The notes under the pieces: model-generated
What the model saw: the letters and a program-made list of their open reading frames with translations, nothing else
The model's database searches: none
Told to the model about the DNA's origin: nothing
Shown here: in pieces, positions 1 to 11,950 of the stretch
How positions within the stretch are numbered: position 1 is the stretch's first letter
Layout of the letters: each line of letters begins with the position of its first letter
Position numbers and translations under genes: made by a program
Source of the DNA: Octopus bimaculoides
Taxonomy: Eukaryota
Direction of reading: 5' to 3'
NCBI RefSeq assembly: GCF_001194135.2
Contig: NC_068989.1
Span: forward strand, 63,278,595 to 63,342,261
DNA length: 63,667 nt

Positions 1-51
<51 letters not shown>

Positions 52-75
52 GTATATGTATGTATACACACACAC
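1..75. repeat. Compound (TA)n/(TATG)n/(CA)n microsatellite
   Basis: Directly visible. Confidence 0.95.
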
Positions 76-814
76 GCGAATGTAAATGGTTATAGGATTT
101 GGCTTTCGAATGAGCTAACAAGTTTTTATCTCTGTACCTAGTCGCACCTTATTGGAAAAGGATTTAAGTTAGTCACCGTGATAACAAACGCTTCAGTTTG
201 TTTTCGACTGGTTGATTAATGCTCTATACAGAGTCATTAGAATAAAGGTCGCGCTTCAGTTATATACCTCTTTTAGTAGCTACACGCTTTCCAGAGTATT
301 TTTCACTCTTTTGGCAAGTATGGGAGTCACTAGATAGAATAAACTGGGAGTAACATTAAGAGGTAGGTATATTTGAAATCTATTTTACCTTATGCTGTAT
401 ATTACGAATATTATGCCTTTTTTCTCTCTCATATGGCGTTATTTTAATTTACACGACACTGGTTGCATCAATTCTGTGGAAGATATATGGTTATAAATTC
501 ACCTTTCTCAATCATAGTAAATATCATGTTACATCTTTTCATATGTTTGAGATAATATCTCAGTTCACAGTTGATGATCTCAATTACTGGTATGTCATAG
601 ACGGTTGCCCATTGATTCTGGTTCGGTTGACTTTTGGCTCCTGTAAAATCTCTCATTCTTAATATTTTATCCTGATCCTAAATTTCTTTGCCATTCTTGT
701 CAGGTAGCCAAATAATTTTTTTCTGCAATCGGCATTCTTTTGACATATTTCTAAGTTTAGCTAATCTACAATTGTTGTTAGCATCATATATATATATATA
801 TATATGATGTCTGC

Positions 815-1032
<218 letters not shown>

Positions 1033-2289
1033 TTGTTACGTTTTCTAGATTTCTACATATTCTATGTTACCCACAGCGATAAAGTTTTGAAACATGAATA
1101 TTTTGTTTTGTGCTGTCAGTTAAATGCGACAGAGGTTCCTTCCGATTCTATCATGTTATTTCCATTGAAAATGTTTAGAAAATGACATCCATGTACCCGC
1201 GGTAGCTCCTTAAGCCTTCCACTTTACCATGTGATTTGAGAAATCGATTGAACAGCTTTACTCGGAAATCCATTCTTGTCATTCCGGATTTGTCAGGTAA
1301 TGCCCATATGGTTTGGCTTTCAGAAGATTTATTCACTCAAATTGAATAACGATCCACTGTTAAGATTCAGCCTAAAATTAACATAGTTTACAACCTAAAA
1401 ATCTAATTCAAATGTTACATTTCGTTTGAGCCACTCGCATGACTTTATATAAAATAAAAAAGCTATATTTCAATTCATGGTATGCTCTCTGTCATAAAAG
1501 AAGCAGATTTGTGTTCAACGCAAGTAATTACTCTTGCAGACTGAAATACAAACGTTTAGTAAAATTAATGTAGATTCTCTAAATAAAACTTATCCTCTTC
1601 ATTATATATATCGTATTGCACAGTCTATGTTCTTACATATTTTTGCTCTTTACTCTACAGTAGCCATAAAGTATACATGAATACCAAATAAATGTTTTGA
1701 AGAAATTCATTCTTTCCGTAAAGTACGGCCATGCAATCACTGTTAAAGAATAATGGCGGACTATAGAATCATTTGGGTGGGGTTTTGCCCCTAATACTCC
1801 GGTGATAATTGTTATGAATATGACTTTCATACAAGTCGTTCCAGCCTTTCTGCCATTTCTGCTTGGGTATATTTCGAGATCTTTTAATTCAGGGCCTTTA
1901 GTGGTGCATGTTTATTCTATGTTTCAAGTATCGCATTCATATTTACTGAAAACATACCGGTGTTAATTGGAACCAAGTTTTTAATATCTTCACTGGTATT
2001 CGTTTTCAGCCGATCTGGCAAAGTATGCCACAATATGATAAATATTTTCGAATCGCTGATTATATAAGCCGTAATTCTATTGGCCAAAGTAAAATAATTA
2101 TCCTTACTAAATTAGAATTCAGAGCTTGACTGTAAGTGATTATAAGTAACCACTACCACTGGTAGTCATACGCTGTGTCTGTAAACTCATAAAGTCGCGG
2201 TTTTCCACATTCTTAGTGTTCTTCTTTTCCACCAAGTTTTTTTTTTTATATATTTCCTTTATTTTCCGTCCAGGTTATGCTTTCATCGA

Positions 2290-2956
2290 CCTTAAGTCTC
2301 ACGCTTTCGGCAAATCCTACTTGCTGCCTTGATTACTTTATTTGTTTGTGAGATGTTCTTTGTTTCAATGTGTTTCACTATGTTATTGTCTTTACTCGTT
2401 TCTTGATTTAGTCTCCATTGATCAGCCATCTTGATGTCACACATAAATCCTGGCTATTTTGCATTTAATTGATCCAAAAACACTATTCATTATCATATGA
2501 TCTTCATTGTTTAATTGGTCTCTTATATCGTTTCTTTCACCACTCACACCAGTGAATTCTTGGCAAACAGCCACAAACAAGGATTAAGTCTGTTGTTTGA
2601 TATACTTTTCCAGACAGTAATTCTCGTTCTCAACACAGATCTTGCATCCTATGAGGTCTATTTCTTATTTGTTCATAGACACATACAGTTTATCAATATT
2701 GCCTCTGGGTGCAGTTTCTGTTAATTGTCGTAGTTCCGTGTTTTTCTATCCATGTCTTCAAAGTCATTCTTTGTCGATCTAACTACACGTGTACCGTATC
2801 GCATTAAGGAAACAACCCATCATTTTATTGCCCTGATCTTATTTTTCCATCGAGTTTACTTCCCATACTTGATGTGGCTCTTCTGAGATATTCTCGTCGA
2901 AAGCGTTCCTTCATCTCATTCTCTCTGATTTTGTCATACACCAATATATCCAGGAA
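2290..2956 (-). mobile_element. Dong/R4-clade non-LTR retrotransposon remnant (post-RT region to zinc knuckle)
   Basis: Minus-strand translation with frameshifts reads YDKIRENEMKERFRREYLRR..SKLDGK..IRAIK*WVVSLMRYG..DMDRK..LHP..IDKLYV, then RWLINGD..QET and ICRKRET. This matches R4/Dong motifs EYxRR..SKLNG.NKI.AINTWAVSLxRY..MDRKT..LHP.SDVDRLYV and WLxxGDLKxET..CRxCxxxxET. Confidence 0.7.
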
Positions 2957-4344
2957 TTATTGATATTATTATCAGTAACATTAATACGCCAATTTGATTT
3001 TTGTACGTACCTGATGCGCGTGTCACGCTTAAGAGAAAGAAATTGCGGAAAGAAATTTTCTTGCTTAAATCAGATTTTTAACGAGATCTCTTGTAATTTC
3101 TTGGAGAGATTTGAAGCCACCACCTATGTGTAAATGTGTTATATTACTACTTCTCAACACCCATGCCTACTGGGCCACTGAAGCAGCAACCATCTTAAAG
3201 ATAAAATTAAGATACTTAAATTTGATACTTGTGTCGGGCAAGAGAGAGAGGAAGTGAGAGAGAAAGAGAGAGAGAGTAGAGAGAAAAAGGGGGTCACAGA
3301 GAAATAGAGTGAGTCTGAGAGAAATAGAGAGAGTGAGAGAGAAAGAGAGAGAGATGACGGCATGAAACTGCCTTTTCGGAGTGGCTGATTATTTCAATTC
3401 CTTTCTATAGCTGAACTGAAATTGATCCCTGACTATTAAAGGCCCTACCACACGCACACACATACACACACATACACACACATACACACACACACACGTT
3501 TATTCAGCCATACAACAGAAAACATGGCAAGTCTCACGAAATTTGCATTTTGAATTTGTTTTAATTATAAAATTACACCTCAGTTAAAAAAACATCTTTG
3601 GCTTTCGAATACAACCTTTTCTTCCTCTTTCTATATTTTTCGCTAAGTTACAATGTTTCTGTTTTGGTCAGGATTATTCCAATTTTATTTTTCTTTTATC
3701 AAGTAATGGACGAAAGCGTTTAAAACAAAAATTAAATTCACAGAGCCGAACAAAAATCAAAAATATGACAGACAATTGGCTGTTATTTCTAGCAAATTGA
3801 ACAACCAGACAGAGTTGTTCGATTCGCTCATTTGTTGATGTGTATAAGTAAACAAAGGCTAGAAGACACACACACTCACACACACATATATAAATGTGGG
3901 TGTGTGGGTGTGTGTGTGCGTGTGTGTGTGTGCGTGTGTGTGTGTGTGTGCGAGAAGTGTCACGTGGTGGAAATAAACACAACTTTCTCTTTCTATATTT
4001 TTTATTAAATTAGAATTTTTCCGTTTGGCCAGGATTTTTCCAATTTCATTTTTTTTTTTTTTGTATCAAGCAACTGACGAAAGCATTTAAAAAAATCCAA
4101 TTTATAGAGCCGAAGAAAATTTAAAAAATATTAATTCTCTTTTCTCCCTTTACTTTTTACTTTCCTACAATATAAATAATAACCGTAACCTATATACTGT
4201 GTCCTTGCGCATTAGATGAGTATTTCAGAAATATTTTCACCTTTTAAACAAAAACAGTATAATGCATTCGTATATATTTTTCAATTAAAACTCTCTGAAT
4301 AATTTTGGACATTCATTGTCTTAAAAACAGGTTTTAAAATACGG

Positions 4345-5460
4345 ATAATCGCGTGAGGGACGCAGCACGAGAGCGTCAGCGTAGGAGAGAACAGTTGCGC
4401 AATGAACAGCGCGAGGATGAGACAGAGGAGAAAGGAAATAAGCCATGAGGAGAAAGAGGGTATCCTACGGCATAGGAGGGAAAGAAATCAACAAAGGATA
4501 GAGCAAATGAGCCAGAACCAAAGAGAAGTGTATTTTCAAAATAAGAGAGGTAGAAATCAACAGAATCGAGAACACCTGAGTCAAGAGCAAATGCAGTTGT
4601 AGTTAGAAAATATGAGAAACACAGTTCAAGAAAGAAGGGAACATATGGACGATGATGAAAGGTCGAATTACCTTCAAGATATGAGAGAGTTCAAGAAAGA
4701 AGGAAAAATATGGAAGAAGATGAATCACAAAATTATCTTATGACAGAGCTCAAACAAGAAAACGGAATATAATAAAAAAACAACAAAATACTCAATTTAC
4801 GATTGGTGAGAAGAACGTAGTATGCACGCACTGTCATGCACGTGGATTTCTGCAGTAAGCATTTAACTGCTGCCATAAGGTTTCCTTGCCTAATCTACAA
4901 GAATATCCTGACCAATGTGAAAACGCAATAGCCCAGTGGTTAGAGCAGTGGACTCGCGGTCATAGGATCGCGGTTTCGATTCCCAGACCGGGCGTTGTGA
5001 GTGTTTATTAAGCGAAAACACCTAAGGCTCCATGAGGCTCCGGTAGGGGATGGTGGCGAAGCCTGCTGTACTCTTTCACCACAACTTTCTCTCACTTTTA
5101 CTTCCTGTTTCTGTTGTGCCAGTAATTCAAAGAGTCAGCCTTGTCACACTGTGTCACGCTCAATATCCCCGAGAACTACGTTAAGGGTACACGTGTGTGT
5201 GGAGTGCTCAGCCACTTGCACGTTAATTTCACGAGCAGGCTGTTCTGTTGATCGGATCAACTGGAACCCTCGACGTCGTAAGCGACGGAGTGCCAACACA
5301 TCCTAACCAATTAAAAGATTTGGAGAATACCGACAGTGAAAGAATGAACTTTAGACAGAACATCAGAAACGATAACTCAATGTATTCATTCGCCTCATTT
5401 GACAGAATTTCAGACCATTTTACATCGTCTTATGTAAAACAAACGATGGCTGCAATCTTG
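4345..5460 (+). mobile_element. Helitron Rep/helicase N-terminal coding remnant, interrupted by a SINE
   Basis: R/E/Q-rich leader, then FTIGEKNVVCTHCHARGFLQ*AFNCCHKVSLPNLQEYPDQ (4799-4915), resuming after the SINE as LKDLENTDSERMNFRQNIRNDNSMYSFASF (from 5311). Matches the Helitron pattern IGxMxxxCxxCxA..CC..GKVxLPxL..YP..L..L..F..NIRxYNSxFAFAS. Confidence 0.75.
4916..5299 (+). mobile_element. Full-length tRNA-derived SINE with 11-bp TSD
   Basis: A-box TAGCCCAGTGGTTAGAGC and B-box GGTTTCGATTCCC in the head. Flanked by ATCCTGACCAA (4905-4915) and ATCCTAACCAA (5300-5310). Confidence 0.85.
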
Positions 5461-5901
5461 AAAAAGACTTGAAAGTGCATCTTCTCAGAAAATATTCTGA
5501 ATCTGATACAATTTCACTTCTCAGAATGCATGAGGGGAATTTTTTATTTTTTTTTATGAGTTATTAACATCACAACCTAAAGGGATGAATAAAACGACAA
5601 GGGAATTTCATATTTACACAATACTGTTTGATTAAATTTTCTTCTTTTTCCTTTTCATTTTTCTGTGTTATTCTTCTCTAATTTGTTTCTGTATTGTTTT
5701 CTTCTTGCCATTTGTAAACTTGAAAACTGAAAACAGATGATGTCATTCCGTGAAGAGGTTGCCCTCGTTCACATTTTTTAATTAGAATTTCTATAATTTT
5801 AAATTTCTATGTATCACGTTTTATTTTAAAGTCGACACAGGCAAGCTGTCGAAATATCAACCAATCTCATAAAATATCTATTGTAATCGTATTTTGTTAT
5901 T

Positions 5902-6035
5902 AGCTGACAGAATCATTAGCACGCTGGGCTAAATGCTTAGCGGCATTTCGTTCGTCTTTACATTCTGAGTTCAAATTCCTTCGAGTTCGACCTTGCCTTT
6001 CATCCCTCAGGCTTGCTAAATAGTACCAGTACCAG
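5902..6035 (+). mobile_element. SINE, AGCTGGCAGAATCGTTAGC-head family, partial
   Basis: Head plus central GTCGAC..GCCTTTCATCC block shared with other copies in the window. Confidence 0.8.
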
Positions 6036-6099
6036 TAAGGTACATTTCAGTTTCTCATTGATGTTGTTATTATTTTTAATAATAATATTAAATTCTGTA

Positions 6100-6290
6100 A
6101 GTCTACGAGCTGGCATAATCTTTAGCATGCCGAGTGAAATGCTTTGCACCATTTCGTCCAATACCAAATTCCGCCGGAGTCGACTTTGTCTTTCATCCTT
6201 TCGGAGTCGATAAAGTAAGTACCGGTTAAGCACTGTAATCGACATAACACCACCATCGGAATTGCTGTTCTTGTGCCAAAATTTGAAATA
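6100..6290 (+). mobile_element. SINE, same family, with ..TTGTGCCAAAATTTGAAA tail
   Basis: GAGCTGGCATAATC..AAATTCCGCCGGAGTCGACTTTGTCTTTCATCCTTTCGGAGTCGATAAA..GTACC..TTGTGCCAAAATTTGAAA. Confidence 0.85.
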
Positions 6291-6588
6291 CATTTTTTAA
6301 AAAAATTATGTATTATTGTTTGTATTGTTTTGTTATTATTATTATTTGCTGACTTATTTCAGGTGAAACTAAAAGAAATAAGGTTCATTTTGAATTTCAT
6401 TTTACATAAAAGTCCTAATTGAACTTTATGTAAAATTTGCCCAGACTGTAATTAAACATGTAGGTCGTTTCGTCTTTCCGAATGTCATTATTTTATACTA
6501 CAAAGCAAAATAATATAGGAAAACAAAAGACATTAATACAGAGATTAATTAACGCTCAAACAACTACAGGATAGTCACAGGTCTCGCT

Positions 6589-7400
6589 TTGGGTGTCATC
6601 ACGAATAGCGATGTGATGTGCTCTATTAATTTTCTTTCAAGCACACGTTTTTTTATTGAGGAACTTTTTGCAGCAAAAGTGAAAGCTAGGAAACATTTCC
6701 TTCACAGGAGATGCGCCAGTAATCTGGAAATAATTACAATGGTTCTGAGAACAGAAAAGTGGCGTATTTATGTGTCGCTTTGCATCCAACACATTTTCTC
6801 CTCCCAATAATTGCAAATGAAAATTTTAATTCAATACACGTGACTGAGCAGCTAGTTGAAAATCCTCAAAGTTCCAAGGAATGCTACACTTTCAGCTAGA
6901 ATGAAGTCAATATATTTCCTGTGGTATTGGTAAATTATTTGAAAATTATTTTGTACTTAAAAACGTAAAAAACAAATTAGTGAGAACCACAATATTCCAT
7001 TTCATGTGTTTTTGATTCTTGATAGAAATTTCTACTTAAAAATCCTTACAAAATCTACATCTAAACGCGAGATCAGGTTAGATTAATGCAGCCAACAAAT
7101 AAAATGTCATCTTCCAAACAACAGGTGGAAGTATTATTACAACAATTAAAATGTATTACCTTCGGCCTACATTTGATCTCAGCATTGATATGGAAGGACG
7201 ATCAGCCCTCAAAAGTTTCGGCAATAATTTATTGTTTACGATACAGTAATACTATAAAAGGGATCTGAAACAATTTACAAAAGCAAATATGGTTAAAACA
7301 AATGATGCCTTCGGTTTATTGACAAATATGCGGGATTTAAACAACCAATGGAAGCTGAAATAGAACAGCAATGATCGACTGTATTGCTAAACCTTTGCAT
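6589..7400 (+). mobile_element. Tigger/pogo DDE transposase relic
   Basis: Across frameshifts: NSDV..STRFFI (cf. NxDETGLFW..SRTFI), VENPQSSK, NHNIPFHVFLILDRN (cf. NIPFKILLILDN), SIITTIKMYYLRPTF (cf. GIIATFKAYYLRRTF). Confidence 0.65.
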
Positions 7401-7739
7401 CTTCATGTTTCTATGGACATAAAGTATCTGTTTAAGTCATAGAAGCGAGAGCATACAAAGGAAAACCTTTAAAATAAAAGATTATGAGGAAAATATAAAT
7501 GGTTTAATAATAAAAAAAAAAGCACTTTATTCCATCACTCAACGTGTTTAATTGATTTCATTAAAATTGAGTGTTTGAAATCATGATTTTCAAATTCCCA
7601 ACCACGTAGAAAGAGTGCAATAAATGCAAATAAATATCACATACACTATCTTAAAATTTGTAAGGAAAATAAATGACTGCAAATGACATAGGAAAATTTT
7701 GTTGCATTTATATTTAAAAGTATGACATACGATCATCAA

Positions 7740-8400
7740 CGCTACATCGACTGCTGAATTGAAAACGATAGAGAAATCAACATCGGTAGATTCATCTCAT
7801 CTTGAGTGCCACACAACAAGAGCAAGGAGCAGCTGGAGGTGAATGAGTGACCATCATCACATCAAGTTTTACACCACAGACACGAAGATAACAGCTGTGT
7901 AGACATTCACCCCCAACAACACACTATACAATAGCAGTCATGGGCTATTTTCCATGATGAAGCATTGGAATTTAGCCAACAGCACAATCAAAGAAATCGA
8001 AAGCTTGCAGGTGCTGATTAGATTTTCTGAAGTTAGTAACCGTCGGAAACTCTGCACCCACAAGCGTATTCACTAAACTGCACGTACTTCTCCATGTAGC
8101 GATAACGGGAACGAGATCTAACTCACCTGCATTAGAATTAGGTATCGCTTACAAGATACCAACAGTTACCCTTGTGTGATGGTTCCAGAAACTATCTGCA
8201 GTGAGACTGAAACAGCCAAGACACCATTAATGAGATGAATTCTCGCAATACTGGCAACGTTGAACATCAGATCAACCGTAAAGAAAGCAATTCAGGTACA
8301 GTTTTTTCAACCATGCAAGGAGCAGTCGTACTCTAACGAGTTCAAAGAACTCATCGCTACATCACTGAATTAAGCCAGGGTTGCGCAAGAACAACTGTGA
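7740..8400 (+). mobile_element. Possible BEL/Pao LTR-retrotransposon RNase H region, highly decayed
   Basis: Weak motif matches only: GRFISS*VPHNKSKEQLEV (cf. SKxRVAPxKxxSIPRLEL), FSEVSNRRK (cf. FVxNR), KEQSYSNEFKEL. Confidence 0.3.
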
Positions 8401-8657
8401 ACTCAAGAAAACATTTTATGAATGTTTTAAATAACTGATCAGTTCATGTGCAAGTGTTTGAACGGTTGACTTCTCTCTCAGTTTCTATACTTCTTTCGCC
8501 TCACCACATGCAAATGTATACACAAATATAATATAAATTATGTATACACATGGAAGGGCAGAGACATATATGCATATAAATATGTACCCTGGTACACATA
8601 CAAACACATGCATACATTATACATATACACATATATACATATAATCGTATATCTCTG

Positions 8658-8709
<52 letters not shown>

Positions 8710-9479
8710 TCAATAATTCATCATCTCGTACATAAGTGTATTCATCTCCATCCTCTAGACAGTGACCTTTTCGAATTTATTTGTTAACATTCACACCTTT
8801 GAATTTATTCGTGACTTTCATTTCTTTGTGTTTATTTGTGCAGTTCATTCTTTCCTGTATCTAATATTTCTGTCTAATATTGATAATGGTTGGTTTAGTT
8901 TGTCATGGCGACATTGATTTATCGATTAGGGGTGAACGTAAATACATGCATTGTAAAATGTTGTACGGCAGTTTTGTTTATCATTGACTGAATTTATAAT
9001 TTTCTACAACTGCATCAATAAATATATTGCGTCCATCAACTAGTCAATAATACTTTCAGCTTCAAGACTATTTGATGAATTTTTGTTCGTAGCATTATTT
9101 TCTTCCATGATATTTTTTTAACAGAGTAACATGGAAACAACTTTCAATATGTTTTTCAGCTAGGTTTGTTCTTACCCTTGACTTTTCACGCTTGATTTTC
9201 AACCATCATGTTTATAGTTTAACATTAATGTCTGCTACAAGTTAGTTTCTTATTAGGATGTCCACTATTTGTGTTGTGTTATTCTTTGAGTTATTCTTTG
9301 CTGTTAAGATAAATCTCATCCTGAAAACTTTGCTTTTTGCTATATTTTAGGTACTTCATAAACAACTTTTTTAATAGAAGTAGCTTTTCTAAATAATTTT
9401 GTATTATTATTTTTGATAAATTGTGTTCCACTAGATCGGTGTAATAGATACATACTTATCGAGAAAAGATGAATAGTAT

Positions 9480-10290
9480 TTGTATATTTAGTTCATGCAC
9501 GACATGTACGATAAAGAAGTTTACAACTTTCACGGTTTTAAAAGTGTTGGAGAAGAGGCCAACGTCCATCAGATACAGAGCTTCTATGAGATCAGTGAGT
9601 TTGATGTCGGTAATATTCTGTTTAATCTGTTGCACTGGGAGGCAACTAGAAAAAAAAACGCATAGTGAAATCTCCCGGTAGCCGATGTTCTGAGTTCGGG
9701 GACAGAGCATGCTGGTCAGGGGCCGGAGTACGCAATGAGCAATGATGAAGAGAAGAGGAGAGACGAGTTGGTGTGAGTGCCTAAGTAGGTATTAGGCAAA
9801 AAAAAAGAGTCAATTATATTAACCACGGAAATGTAATGACATAGACTGGAGAGTGATCTAAATAATTTTTCTCCCAATCAGTTAAGTGACCATCTCTGGA
9901 TGCAATCACGGATGTTAGCAAGCATTGCAGTAGCACCCTCTAAGATGAACGACTGTAACTCTCATGTGAGTCATGTTCAAGCTTTATTTAGTGGCAATTT
10001 GAACTACTTTTTGGCATGAAATATTCTTAGAAAATATTTACCGTCAAATTTATATTTAATTTTTTGTGTGTGTTTTTAATGTACTTACACAATCTACTAT
10101 CTATACCCTGATTATTTATTACTACGGAATTATGCCTAGAATATTTTAACTTTCAAGGGAAACATTTTTTCTAATGGACTTTGATCGAGTTGTAAGCGTT
10201 AAAAAACATCCTGTCAGAAAAAAATGCTTGAAAACAACTCATCGTAGCCATACTTCCATAGAAAAATGCAAGACAGATTGCTTCCAAATC
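9480..10290 (+). mobile_element. piggyBac transposase relic
   Basis: Ordered weak motifs: EKRPT..VIFCLICCTGR (cf. KP..GY..F.IYTGK), WMQSRMLAS (cf. WxDxKxVxMLST), PSKMNDCNSHVSHV (cf. PxxVxDYNxHMGGVD), FWHEIF (cf. KWYKKIF), and a Cys-containing C-terminus RKKCLK..KCKTDCF. Confidence 0.45.
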
Positions 10291-11324
10291 AAAGAAAAAC
10301 ACTTTTATTTTCTAAGCATTAACAGTGCAATTATCCTCCAATCAATTATTTCATTAAGGCTTGTGAGTGGAGATGATAGAGTGAAACTGAAAGATGTCCG
10401 TCGTATACTTACACAGACACACACACACATACAAGCCCCCCCCCCACACACACACACACAGGCACACATATACACACGCCGTGAACAGGATTTAATCTTC
10501 TCTCTTCGCCACAGGGGCTCAACTCCCCACACACTTCATCTGATTCCCATCATCTCGTCTCTTCACCTGACACCTACACCCCTCTTCACTCCTACCCATC
10601 TTGTCTCTTCATTGATACAATCCAACAGATGCCGCCTCTACACNNNNNNNNNNNNNNNNNNNNNNNNNNNNNNNNNNNNNNNNNNNNNNNNNNNNNNNNN
10701 NNNNNNNNNNNNNNNNNNNNNNNNNNNNNNNNNNNNNNNNNNNNNNNNNNNNNNNNNNNNNNNNNNNNNNNNNNNNNNNNNNNNNNNNNNNNNNNNNNNN
10801 NNNNNNNNNNNNNNNNNNNNNNNNNNNNNNNNNNNNNNNNNNNNNNNNNNNNNNNNNNNNNNNNNNNNNNNNNNNNNNNNNNNNNNNNNNNNNNNNNNNN
10901 NNNNNNNNNNNNNNNNNNNNNNNNNNNNNNNNNNNNNNNNNNNNNNNNNNNNNNNNNNNNNNNNNNNNNNNNNNNNNNNNNNNNNNNNNNNNNNNNNNNN
11001 NNNNNNNNNNNNNNNNNNNNNNNNNNNNNNNNNNNNNNNNNNNNNNNNNNNNNNNNNNNNNNNNNNNNNNNNNNNNNNNNNNNNNNNNNNNNNNNNNNNN
11101 NNNNNNNNNNNNNNNNNNNNNNNNNNNNNNNNNNNNNNNNNNNNNNNNNNNNNNNNNNNNNNNNNNNNNNNNNNNNNNNNNNNNNNNNNNNNNNNNNNNN
11201 NNNNNNNNNNNNNNNNNNNNNNNNNNNNNNNNNNNNNNNNNNNNNNNNNNNNNNNNNNNNNNNNNNNNNNNNNNNNNNNNNNNNNNNNNNNNNNNNNNNN
11301 NNNNNNNNNNNNNATATATACATA

Positions 11325-11505
11325 TATGATTGTGTCTGTGTCTGTTTTTGTCCACCACCAGTAGTTTGGTGTGTTTACGTCCACGTAACTTAGCTGTTCG
11401 GTAGAAGAACTGATACAATGAGTACTAGGCTTTAAAACATGTCATGTGGTCGATTTGATCGACTAGAAGCACCAGTATGGCCTCAGCCAAATTGCTGCAA
11501 CAAGT
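11325..11505 (+). mobile_element. 3' half of CORE-type SINE
   Basis: GGTGTGTTTACGTCCACGTAACTTAGCTGTTCGG..AGTACTAGGC..GTCGATTTGATCGACTA..CCAGTATGGCC; same tail family as 55911-56333. Confidence 0.7.
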
Positions 11506-11559
11506 AAGTTCGTAATTAAGAATTAAATATAATTTCCTTTAAAATGACTGTAATATCTT

Positions 11560-11950
11560 TCGTTTCACTATTTCTTGGGCTGTAGACATAATCCATCATC
11601 TAATTTAGCAGCACCAACGGACAAGGTTGATTCTATTGTGAAAATCTCTCACTTGATAGTTTTGGTGCCAGGTCACCAGTTTCAAAAGTAGTGGCGCCTT
11701 CCCTTCCATCTATGTCAGAGGACCAGAAAATGGTGTAACAAAATTCCCTCATTACTAAGAGATAAAAATAAAGGAATCCTTTTGTTTGACTCATATTTCA
11801 GGGGTCTCATATTAAATAGTATTGTAGGATTGTCTGTTTTCTTTCATATCCTCTTCCCTTCTAAGTTGAACATTTAGAAATGGTACTTATGACGTCGAAT
11901 AAAGAATATATTGAGACCTTTGCACAGATTCCCCTTCTGAAAGAAAGTTT
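11560..11950 (-). mobile_element. Possible second piggyBac relic
   Basis: Minus strand TKGFLYFYLLVMREF..FWSSDIDGRE..LSSERF resembles EMKAFxGLxLLMG..WSxD..GR..MSxxRF. Weak. Confidence 0.3.

Noticed and set aside
5832-5852. TCGACA..TGTCGA hairpin as a possible Helitron 3' end
   Set aside because: Short stem and no CTRR terminus at the expected distance.
9690-9778. Open frame ending at a GGT|GTGAGT donor-like site
   Set aside because: It lies inside the piggyBac-like relic and has no convincing acceptor or recognisable product.
10516-10643. Strong-looking acceptor (TCTTCTCTCTTCGCCACAG) followed by an open frame; one frame resembles a GIY-YIG start (FTPT..SNRCRLY)
   Set aside because: It runs into an N-gap after about 130 bp, so an exon cannot be distinguished from a Penelope fragment.
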